Below, one piece after another: positions 51,804 to 62,300 of a DNA stretch of 64,000 bases. Location: assembly GCA_038523235.1 (NCBI GenBank), contig JBCBJQ010000012.1, positions 1 to 64,000 of the forward strand, given 5' to 3'. The first letter of the stretch is position 1. Each line of letters starts with the position of its first letter. The DNA is from Cyanobacteria bacterium J06626_4 (GTDB lineage Bacteria; Cyanobacteriota; Cyanobacteriia; Phormidesmidales; Phormidesmidaceae). The position numbers were made by a program, and so were the translations under genes. The notes below the pieces were generated by a model. That model searched no databases and was not told where the DNA came from. It worked only from the letters and a program-made list of their open reading frames with translations.

Positions 51804-52016
51804 CTAGGTTGAAGATAGGCTCATCGAACTCAGTTGGCCAGGGGCATACGCCTCAAGGACTCTGCCTGCAGGAAAACCCATAATCATTAAATAGTCGCAG
51901 GCTGCGCAGGCGGTTTGAACGATATAATCGCATCCGTCTGCCTGGCGATCGCTCAGCAACTGACGTTCTGCAAAGTCACCACAATTGGAACATCGCACCC
52001 ATTGAATTGTTGCCAT
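51804..52016 (-). CDS. Small Zn-ribbon protein (CxxC...CxxC)
   Basis: VRCSNCG..AER...TACAACDYL.....G.VLEAYAPG; GGAGGT RBS before ATG 52016. Confidence 0.8.
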   Translation of the reverse strand: MATIQWVRCSNCGDFAERQLLSDRQADGCDYIVQTACAACDYLMIMGFPAGRVLEAYAPGQLSSMSLSST

Positions 52017-52084
52017 CGCAAGCACCTCCAAACCCTCTGAGAGAAAGCATTAACACCGCTGCAACAAAAAACTATAGGTGGTGG

Positions 52085-52408
52085 CTAAAGCAGTTTATCT
52101 AGTGCTTCAGTGAAAGTTTCATAGGGTTTAACTCCGACTAAGGTTTCTACTAATTCACCCTGCTTAAAAAACATGACTGCAGGAATACTTATAATACTAA
52201 ATCGCTTGGCCACAGAGTAGTTAGCATCTAGATCTAGCTTAAAAACCTGCGCGCGATCGCCATAATCATTAGCCAGCTGATCGATCAAAGGGGCGACCAG
52301 CTTGCAGGGACCACACCAAGTTGCGGTGCAGTCCACGACTACTAAAGATTTATTCTCTAAAAGCGCATCAAATGTCGCTTCATCTTCGATAAATGTGGCC
52401 GTACCCAT
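52085..52408 (-). CDS. Thioredoxin
   Basis: WCGPC active site and cis-Pro SIPA. Confidence 0.96.
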   Translation of the reverse strand: MGTATFIEDEATFDALLENKSLVVVDCTATWCGPCKLVAPLIDQLANDYGDRAQVFKLDLDANYSVAKRFSIISIPAVMFFKQGELVETLVGVKPYETFTEALDKLL

Positions 52409-52486
52409 GACTGCGTCTCCAAAGTAGTGGTGTTGGGAAGATCTACCGATAAAAACGTGATGATGTTAGGCACTCAGGTGTGCGCT

Positions 52487-52789
52487 CTAGATGTCATACA
52501 AAGCTTCTTCTTGGTGCGTTTGAATGGTGCAATCAGACGTGGGGTAAGCCACACACGTCAACACAAAGCCTGCCGTCATCTGGTCATCATCTAAAAAAGA
52601 CTGATCAGACTGATCTACCGTCCCTGACACCAACTTGCCGGCGCAGGTAGAGCATGATCCAGCCCGACAAGACACCGGCAAATCAACGTCTTGTTCTTCT
52701 GCGGCATCCACGATGTATTGGTCATCAGGAACGTCAATGACGACATTTAACCCCTCATCATTCATCAACGTGACTTTATATGTAGCCAT
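52487..52789 (-). CDS. petF: Plant-type [2Fe-2S] ferredoxin
   Basis: [28 protein letters not shown] and LTCVAYP.SDC. Confidence 0.93.
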   Translation of the reverse strand: MATYKVTLMNDEGLNVVIDVPDDQYIVDAAEEQDVDLPVSCRAGSCSTCAGKLVSGTVDQSDQSFLDDDQMTAGFVLTCVAYPTSDCTIQTHQEEALYDI

Positions 52790-52871
52790 GGGTTGCTCCT
52801 ATCAAAAAATTTTCAGATTAAACTGCAGAGGCTGCTGCTAATAGTTCTCAGCTACCGCCTCAAGCAGATTT

Positions 52872-53450
52872 CTAAACTCGCGCTAATCGACTTGATTGAT
52901 TGACGAGCAGCGATGCTTGCAAGATCTGCGTCACCGCTTCTGGCGAACGATTACCATCGATGTTGATGAGACACTCGCGTTTTTCGTAAAAGTCAATCAA
53001 GGGAGTGGTATCGGCCTGATAAATCTCCAGGCGACGGCGAATGGTCGCGGCGGTATCATCTTGACGCCCCCTAGCGAGCATCCGGGTCACCAGATTTTCC
53101 GTAGACACCTCAAAGTAAATAGTCTGAGGATGCGGTTGCCGAAAGCGGGTGAGCAATTTATCCAGCGCTTGCGCTTGCGCTAACGTGCGGGGAAACCCAT
53201 CTAGAATCCAGCCCTGCTTCATATCCGGCGCCTCGAAGCGCTCACGGATCAGCGCCATGATGAGAATATCGGGAACCAGTTCGCCGGCTTCCACATGGGT
53301 GCGCGCTTGGATACCCAGAGAAGTCTTACCTGCGATCGCCGCTCGCAAAATATCACCCGTAGAAATGTGGGGCACTTGCCAGCGATCGGCCAAAATACTT
53401 GCTTGTGTTCCTTTACCTGCGCCTGGAGGGCCGAGAAAGATAAATTGCAT
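52872..53450 (-). CDS. adk: Adenylate kinase (short-LID type; probable second copy)
   Basis: GPPGAGKGTQ, HISTGDILR, GWILDGFPRT and RGRQDD. Confidence 0.95.
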   Translation of the reverse strand: MQFIFLGPPGAGKGTQASILADRWQVPHISTGDILRAAIAGKTSLGIQARTHVEAGELVPDILIMALIRERFEAPDMKQGWILDGFPRTLAQAQALDKLLTRFRQPHPQTIYFEVSTENLVTRMLARGRQDDTAATIRRRLEIYQADTTPLIDFYEKRECLINIDGNRSPEAVTQILQASLLVNQSSRLARV

Positions 53451-53534
53451 GGGACCTATAGTTAGATTGAATTAGCTAGATTGAATTCAGAGATTGATAA
53501 GCTGAAGAGCAAAGTCATTAAGTTGCGACTAGCA

Positions 53535-53882
53535 ATGAGCGCTGAACACCTCAGAAATCACGAAATTTGGGAAAGACTTGAGCAAGGGCGGCAATCTAAA
53601 GCCAGTAGCGGTGGCTACGCAGGCTACGGGTCTCCGGCTTTTGGCCAACGAGCAGTCAATGGTGAATTGATCAATGACCCCGCAGAATGTGAAATCATTG
53701 AGCTAATTCGCCGCCATCACAAGTCCGGCAAGTCTTTGCAAAAAATCGCCGATTGGCTCAATCAGCAGGGCTACACCACCAAGCGTGGGCAGGCTTGGCA
53801 GCGCATTTCTGTCAAGCGAGTGTTAGACCGACTTTATGGCCCCCCGCCGAGAACCCGAGGCGTTAATCCTCAGAAACCATGA
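53535..53882 (+). CDS. Stand-alone recombinase (DNA-binding) domain protein without the serine-recombinase catalytic domain
   Basis: RL..GR..KA..GGYAGYGSP.FG, E...I.LI......GKSL..IA.WLN..GY.T.RG..W....V..VL. No N-terminal YxRxS motif. Confidence 0.8.
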   Translation: MSAEHLRNHEIWERLEQGRQSKASSGGYAGYGSPAFGQRAVNGELINDPAECEIIELIRRHHKSGKSLQKIADWLNQQGYTTKRGQAWQRISVKRVLDRLYGPPPRTRGVNPQKP

Positions 53883-54179
53883 CGGCTGCAAGTAGCGCCC
53901 TCGACCTTGGCCATGCCGCTACTGACAACCTCAACAGCGTAAAAGCCAGCCCTAGAAAGACCATACACACTTTTCATTGTTACACCCCTGGAGTATATAC
54001 CAAAATCCAGCTTAAATATGCTCCCAGCATTTTTTCTGGGAGTTGAAACGTTACATCCCTGTTTTAGGTCTCGGCGGGCTCATGTTTGAATTCGTTCGCA
54101 TAAAGTATGAAAAGGCAGGCTTTGCTCGGCAGCGGATTGCTGTTGGTGGCCTAACTAACCAGTTTGCTCGGTAACATTT

Positions 54180-55397
54180 ATGCCCTTTGACGCAGCCAGT
54201 TCTTGGGTGCCTCGCCTCGAAGACGCGATCGAGCGCCAACCCCTAATGGTTTCACCCGACACCTCACTGGTCGATGCGATCGCGCTGATCAGTCAAGCGC
54301 ATCACCAAACGTGTCGGTTAACCGCAGAAGCTACGTCCGCCGATCGGCCAGCCCTCACAGGACGAGTGAGTTGTGTGCTCATCACTCAAGGTCGCACAGT
54401 GCTGGGCATCTTGACTGAGCGGGATGTCGTGCGGCTAACTGCTCAAGCCCTTGATCTACGCACGACAACGGTGGCCGAGGTGATGGTTCATCCCGTGGTT
54501 ACCCTACCTGAGCATTCAGTGCAGGATATTTTCGCTGCCCTATTTTTGTTTCGTCGCTATCGCATTCGTCATGTGCCAGTGGTTGACAAGCAGCAACAGT
54601 TAGTGGGCATTATTTCCCACGAAAGCATTCGTCAGGTGTTGCGCCCCGCTAATCTGCTGCGATTTCGGCGGGTTTCTGACGTGATGTCGGTCGCTGTGAT
54701 CCGGGCTCCGCTCACGGCCAGGGTGCTGCAATTAGCTCAGTTGATGGCCACGCACCGCGTCAGTTGTATCGTGATTACGCAGCTCGATGCCCATCAGATT
54801 GAACAACCTGTCGGCATCGTCACCGAGCGCGATATCGTGCAGTTTCAGGCGTTGCAAATCGACTTTGCTAAAACAGCAGCGCAAACAGTGATGAGCAGCC
54901 CGTTGTTTCTCCTCAGTCCTCAAGATTCCCTATGGACAGCCCACCAAGAAATGCAAACGCGCAAAGTTGGACGTTTGGTGGTGTCTTGGAACTGGGGGCA
55001 AGGCTTAGGAATTGTGACTCAAACTAGCTTACTCCGCGTATTTGACCCGATGGAAATGTATGGAGTCATTGAAAATTTACAGCAGACTATTAGCCAAATG
55101 GAGGCGAAACAAGCGAATTTACCCTCCCCCACATCTTCCCAGCCTCTCAATTCCCCAAGTGTTGATTTAACGAACACGGCTTCACCCTCTGCGCAGGACT
55201 CCACAGTTGCCTCAGAGGCTAATGTCGTCAATTCTGAGAGACTGTCTGCTTCCTTAGACCATGTTTATAAACAGCTCAAGCAAATAGTTGATGCTGCGAA
55301 TCTATCTCCGAATCAGCAGCAAATACAGCTCCAATCATTGCTGGCGAAATTGAAACAACTATCAATTGAATTCGATTTGGCAGCCAAAAACTCTTAA
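54180..55397 (+). CDS. Four-CBS-domain protein with C-terminal coiled coil
   Basis: Repeated GI(L/V)TERD(V/I)V...VM..P and IRHVPVVD...LVGII motifs. Confidence 0.9.
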   Translation: MPFDAASSWVPRLEDAIERQPLMVSPDTSLVDAIALISQAHHQTCRLTAEATSADRPALTGRVSCVLITQGRTVLGILTERDVVRLTAQALDLRTTTVAEVMVHPVVTLPEHSVQDIFAALFLFRRYRIRHVPVVDKQQQLVGIISHESIRQVLRPANLLRFRRVSDVMSVAVIRAPLTARVLQLAQLMATHRVSCIVITQLDAHQIEQPVGIVTERDIVQFQALQIDFAKTAAQTVMSSPLFLLSPQDSLWTAHQEMQTRKVGRLVVSWNWGQGLGIVTQTSLLRVFDPMEMYGVIENLQQTISQMEAKQANLPSPTSSQPLNSPSVDLTNTASPSAQDSTVASEANVVNSERLSASLDHVYKQLKQIVDAANLSPNQQQIQLQSLLAKLKQLSIEFDLAAKNS

Positions 55398-55827
55398 ACA
55401 TCCGCTAGCAGCATGTCAAGTCTCAGGGACTGTTAATATAGCGCGTGCCAAATCCCCATAGGTCCCCATCCCGACCAGCAAGAGTCTCTATCGATGCCAT
55501 CAGGTCTGGCTTCGTTGGTGATTCGGCAGCTTCGTCAACAATCGGGCCAGCCCGCCTGTGACACCATGAGAATCGCAACAACATATCAGCATCGCCATGG
55601 ATGGAAGCTATTAAAAACGGTAAACATACTGAATTTATCGGTAGATACCTCTTATTAAATCAATACTTAAGATTGTCTGAATTGGGGGCTTTACTTATCT
55701 TCTTGCGCGTCATCATCGCGAGTCACAGCTCAAGTCAACTCTGGCAGTGCATTGGGCTACCATCACCACCCACCTCGTAGAATTTTTGCACGGCTACACT
55801 CTATTGACTTTTCAATGGTTAACTCAA

Positions 55828-55872
55828 TTTAGATAGAAATGTGCATCATTTAGATAAAAACGTGCATCATTT
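55828..55872. repeat. 21-bp imperfect tandem repeat in the giant gene's upstream region
   Basis: TTTAGATAGAAATGTGCATCA TTTAGATAAAAACGTGCATCA TTT. Confidence 0.85.
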
Positions 55873-56394
55873 GAGTCAAATCAACTCCCATAGAAATACT
55901 GAATAACTCTGATTGATGAGCGGGTAATATGAATATGTAGTTGTGTTAACCGTTTCCGGGCAGCTGCAATTTAACGGCCCAGACTACTGCTGATTTCAGA
56001 AGTAAACAAACCAGCCCCATTCTTTTGAATACTTTTGAATTTCAGATAATCAGCCCACAGTACTCATGCCAAATGGAAAATCACGAGGTGCCATTTATGA
56101 TTCAAATCGGCAATAGCTCGCCGCACTGATACTCGTAAATCGCTGCTAGCGCGATCGCTAGTTCACCGACTGCTCTCAGCAACTTTGTCTCATTCCAACT
56201 TCTGAACGCCTGTTGTTCGGAACAAATCCGTGTGTCTACCATGTGCGCTTTCTAAAACTCTGATGCGTCGGAGTTTACTTGCACACTGCTAGTCATGCCT
56301 GCTTTTTGCTGCTTTTAATACACCACTGAGTTTCTCAAATTTAGTTTTTCCATCTCAGATCTGCATTGTCCTAGCAACTTAATTGGTAACCGTC

Positions 56395-59300
56395 ATGTCG
56401 CAATACGCACTCTCTACAGGTATAAAAATCCTATTTGTTGATAGCTCTATCCACGGCTATCAAGATTTGACTGCAGGTCTCAGATCTGAGTACCAATGGC
56501 ACCTGATCGACGCTGCGCATGACGGCATTGAACACATCACCCAGACGCTCAGTCAGCACTATTCCGCTGATCGCATTCAAGAAATTCACATTCTCACCCA
56601 CGGCTCGCCTGGGTGCCTGCAGCTAGGCCATGCTCAGCTCAGCTTGGAGACTCTCGATACCTACAGCCAGAGTCTCCAGCAGTGGTTCGCCACCGCCGGA
56701 TCCGCTGATGCGCCCCAGCTCGTAATCTACGGCTGCAACGTTGCCGCTGGTGACGCCGGAGCCGAATTTGTTGAGCGGTTGCACCACCTCACCGGGGCTG
56801 AAATTGCCGCTTCTAGCACGCTGGTCGGTAGCGCCGCACTGGGGGGCAATTGGGATTTAGATTACTCAACCGATCGCGCTGCCGCTGGTATGCCAATCCG
56901 GTCTGAGGTGCTCGCGGCCTATGCAGGCGTGTTAGTCAACCCGCCCACCATTACCGATGCGGCGACGGCTGTTCGTGCCACGGCGGAAGAAACAGCGCTA
57001 ACCATCACGGACATCACGATTGACGACTCCGAAGCAAGTGACACTCAGACAGTGACTCTGAGTGTCGCTCAAGGCATCATTACCCTCGCCTCAACTGCAA
57101 ACTTAACGGGCCTTACGGGTGACGGCACGGGTGCTGTTAGTTTTTCCGGCACGCTGACGGATATCAACAATGCCATTAACGGCATGAGCTACACCCCCGC
57201 TACCGATTTCAGCGGTGATGATAGCTTGAGCATTACGGTCAACGATGGTGATCAAACGGCTACGAGTGCGATCGCGCTGGGCGTCACGCCAGACAACGAT
57301 ACGCCCGCGATCGCCCCGACGAGTCTGAGCGTGCTTGAAGGCAACAGCGGTGCCTTTGCCGCTGTCAACTTTGGCATCGAAGATGTGGATAACGAAGACG
57401 TCCAGATCATCGTCAAAATCGCCAGCCGGCCTGGTAAAGGGACGCTGAAATTTGACGGCAATTTCCTCGTTCCCGGATCGACTTTTTCCTACGATCAGAT
57501 CGACAAGCTGGAATATTTCCACGACGGCACACAAACCACTGACACGGGTGGCACCGAGGATAGCTTTACCGTCACGGTCGATGATGGTGCGGGCGGCACG
57601 ATTGCTGAGACCACGATTCCTATTACGATTACGCCGGTCAACCAGTTGCCGACGGCCACGGGCAAAAACACCCTGTTTGAAGGGCAAGCAGATTATGCTG
57701 TCACGATCGCGATCTCTGACCCCGACCAAACCGCCGCTAACTACACGATTGAGCTGGCGTCTCTGCCTGAAGATGGCGTCTTAAAGTTCAACGGCACCGC
57801 TGTCACTAAAGGACAAACCTTTAGTTCTGCCGATCTAACGAAGTTTACCTACAGCCACGACGGCAATGATGAAGGGTTTGGCAACCCGCCGCCGGATAGC
57901 TTTGACATCATCGTGACTGACGATGGCGGCGGTACGGGCACGCCAGGGTCTACGACCGCAACGATTGACCTCAACATCAAGCCCAACAACGATGACCCAA
58001 TTTTGGTCAACAACAACGGCCTCAGCATCAACACAGATACTGGGTTGACCAAAGTGATTACCGCTGCTGACCTGAGCGTGAGTGACCCTGACTCCGCGAC
58101 GACGCAGTTGACCTACACCCTTACGACTGCTCCCGATCCGACCCTAGGTAAATTAGAGGTCTTTAACGGTAGCGTTTGGCAGAGTATTGGCGTCGGCGTT
58201 GGTTTCACCCAAGATGATCTCGACAGCAATCGGGTTCGCTATACATTTCACAAAGATTCGGGTGGGGATGAAAGCTTTACTGATAGTTTCCAGTTTCAGG
58301 TACGCGATGGTGAAATTCGCGAATATCCGTCCGAGCGCGAAGGGGGTATCTGGAACGCGGATGGGTCTGACTTAGAGACGCTGACCTTTACCATCAACAC
58401 GGTTGTGCCCCCCAACGGTAGTGGTGGCGCTGGGGGCACTCAAAATCCTGAAGTCACTAGCAATACCCCACCCGTCACCGACATCAACGTGGGCATTGCT
58501 GGCGTCGATGAAGGCAGCGTCACGACGATTGACGCCACGCTGCTACGTTCAACCGATACTGACAATTTGCCCAGTGAAATTGTTTATCGCATTACCAGCT
58601 TGCCGACCAGCGGCAGCATTCAGTTGAAGGGTACCGCCTTAGGCTTGTTCAGCTCTTTCACCCAAGATGATGTTGACAACGACCGGGTGACCTTCAAACA
58701 CGCAGGCGGTGAAGACTTTATTGACAACTTCGGATTCACTGTCAGCGACGGTACTAACGTCACCTTTGAAGAGACTTTCACGATTGATGTCACACCGATC
58801 AACGATGCGCCCACAATCGCAGCTCAAGGCTCCCCTTTCCTTAAAGAAGGTGACAGCCTCATCATTGATGAAACTTACATCTCTCTCGGAGATGTTGATG
58901 GCTCCGGCGAAAAGAAAAACACAACAGAATTTTCGACGGTCAACGATCTGACCTTTAAGGTCACAGACCTCCCTGACAATGGCACGCTGCAAGTTGATCA
59001 GGGCAGCGGCTTTGAGGATGTCACGACGAGCACAATCATTACCCAAGCGCAGTTAAACGACGACAAGCTGCGCTACGTCCACGGGGGTGAGGAGCAATTT
59101 GCCGATAGCTTTGTGGTGCAGGCGAATGACAACACGACAGCAGCCAACAACCTCAGTAACCAAGCCACGATCAATCTGACGATCGCCTCGCTAAATGATG
59201 ATCCGAGCGAAGTCTCAACTCAATCACTAAAGGTGGATGAAGCAGGGACCGGCACGATCAGGGGTGAAGACGGCCAAGCCAATGGCGAACCCTACATCTT

Positions 59301-62300
59301 ATATACCGACCCTGATAACAGCACCATTCAGCGACAATATCGCATTACCGACGCCACTGACCATGGCACCCTGTTTTTGAATGGCAAGGCGCTGTCGGTG
59401 GGCAGTGTCTTTACGCAGGCTGATCTGGATAGCGATCGCATCACCTATACCCACGACGGGTCTGAAGATCACCTTGATGGCTTTAGCTTCACCGTCAGTG
59501 ACGGCGGTGGCGCAGCGGTACCGGGGTCTTATGTCATCAACATTGATCCGGCTAACAGTACTCCCGAGCTAAAGGTGCCTGACGAGCAGACTTTTGATAC
59601 AGATGCGCCTCTGACCTTTAACGCCGCCAATAACAACCGCATCACCGTTGATGACATCGATTTAGAGACGCTGACAACGCCGGGTGAAACGGATGTTTTG
59701 CGGGTCACGGTTGACTTGCAGGCGGGCGGAGCCACTTACACCAACAGCACCCTAACCCTGGGGTCGACGACTGACTTAACGGTCACCGGCAACAACGGCG
59801 TGCAGGGTGGCACCGTCACCTTTGAAGGCACGAAAGACGCTGTACAGGCAGCGCTAGACGGTTTGCAGGTGCAGGTGCCCACCGACGAAGACCGCGAGTT
59901 GTCACTAGTCGTCACGGTCAATGACTTGAACAACGGTGGGCCTGATCCTGATCCAGCTCCGGCGGGTTACACCACGACAGTGACGGAGACCATCAAGCTC
60001 TTCACCAGTAACGACAACGATGCGCCTGTCGTTGATGCTCCCACTGCCGTCACGGTCACCGAAGACATCGCGTTTGGGTTTGCCGATGGCAACACCATCA
60101 AGATTACGGACGTTGATGCCTTTAACTCGACCAGCAATACGGTCACGCTAGAAGTCAACGAAGGGACGATCACAGTGGGGAATCCCGCTTTGATTACGGG
60201 CGGTGCCAATGGCAGTGATACCGTCACTCTGACCGGTAGCTTAGATGATATCAATGCGGCGATCGCCAACCTGACCTACAAAGGCGACAAAAACTTCAAC
60301 GGCAGCGATACCCTCACCATCACCGCCAATGACCAAGGCAACACGGGCTTAGACAACAAAAATGCCAGTGAACCTCAAGAGGTGTTTGAAACCGTTGCGA
60401 TCACCCTCGAACCGGCTAACGATGCACCCACGCTAGAGGCTCCTGACGCCATTCAGACGATTACCGAAACGAATCCTAAAGTCTTTAGTACGGGCAACAA
60501 AAACGCCATCACCATTGATGACCTTGCTGACGCGCCGCCCTTTGGCACGGATGACTTTACGGTCACCGTGAAGGCAACAAACGAGGCGGATGGTTTGGCC
60601 TACGGCACGCTAACCGCCACCACCGGCACCGGAGCAACAATCACCGGTCAGGGCAGCGATACCCTCACCCTCTCAGGCACCAAGACCCAGATTAACGACG
60701 CGCTAGACGGCCTGAGCTACACGCCTGACACCTACAATTCGGAAACCACCGTTAACTTAGCGGTCGTCGTAAATGACAAAGCCAATGGTGGCCCTGGTGC
60801 GCTGACGGCGACAGACGATATCACCCTTCAGGTCAGTAGCATCAACGATGCGCCGGTGGTGACGAATCCGAACACTGTCGTAGCCACTGAAGATCAGGTC
60901 TTTAGCTTTACCGGCGCGGATAAGCTCTTCATTGACGATCCGGATGACTTTGGTAACCCCATGACTGTCACCCTGGCAGTCGGCAAGGGTGATTTGACCC
61001 TAGGCACAACGACTGGTCTGACCTTTGACGCTGGCAGCAACGGCAGTGAGGCGATGACCATTACCGGTACCGAAGCCGACCTCAACGCGGCCCTCGCCAC
61101 CCTCACCTACAAGGGGGACCAAGACTTCAACGGCGCGGATGCCTTGAGCTTTAAGGTCAATGACCTGGGGAATACCGGCTCTGGCCCCGACGGTATTGTT
61201 GACGACACCATCAGCATTACCGTCAATCCGGTCAACGACGCCCCTACCCGCAATGGCGGCAGGAATGTTGACTTTGACACGAATGAAGACGACACACCGG
61301 CAGGCACGACAGTCGAAGACTTGTTCTTGAGCAAGTTTGTAGATGTCGCTGATGACGTGACTGGCGGCTCAACCGCCAATGATTTCGCCGGGATTGCAAT
61401 TTATCGCAACAACGCTAACCTGACCACCCAAGGCAAATGGCAGTGGTCAGATGATGGCAACACTTGGAACGACCTAGCCACCAATGTGTCTAACGCGGCT
61501 GCGGTGGTCTTGCCCCCCACGGCAAAACTCCGCTTCTTGCCGAATGCTGACTTTAACGGTCAGCCCGGAGACCTAAGACTGCGGTTAATCGACAGTTCCC
61601 AAGGTACAGTCACCGCTGGCGCTGTGACCGATGTGAGAACCAACGGCGGCATCACACGGTATAGCAACAACGATAACGATCTCAGATTACGCACCGATGT
61701 TATTGCCATCAACGATGCGCCCATTGCCACTGGTGCCTCGACGCTGACAGCGGTAGATGAAGATGCGACGAATCCCCCTGGGGACACGGTCACTAACCTA
61801 TTCACTGACCGCTTTAACGATGCCACTGACACGGTGCCGGACGGCTCGACGGCGAACGGTTTGGCCGGGGTTGCCGTGGTGGGCAACGCCGCCACCACTG
61901 AAGGCACGTGGCAATATTTTGACGGTACCGCTTGGCAGGCTGTGGGCAACCCCAGTGACACCAACGCTCTGTTGGTAGGGGCTACTGATCGATTCCGGTT
62001 TGTCCCCAGCGCCAACTACAACGGCCCCGTACCGGCTCTCACCGTTCACCTGATCGACGATTCGGCGGGTGCAGTCACTACGGGCGACACCGTTGACTTG
62101 AGTGGGGTCGGCGCGATCGGAGCTACTACGCCTTATAGCAGCGCTACGGTGCCCCTCACCAGTCAGATCAACCCCGTCAACGACACCCCCGGTTTGAATG
62201 CGCTGGGTGGCACGGTGGACTTTACCGAAAACGAAACTCCTGTTGTTTTAGATGATGATGCCTCGGTTGAGGACCTAGAGCTAGACGCGATCGATGACTG

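Noticed and set aside
51804..52016. PriA helicase label sometimes given to this small family
   Set aside because: Only 70 aa with a Zn ribbon; no helicase motifs.
53481..53882. Prophage or integrative element boundary
   Set aside because: No catalytic domain, att-like repeats or phage genes; both flanks are host metabolic genes.
55950..56340. Possible c-di-GMP riboswitch ahead of the adhesin
   Set aside because: GEMM hallmarks (GGCAAAC...GAAA...GACGCAAAG) were not found.
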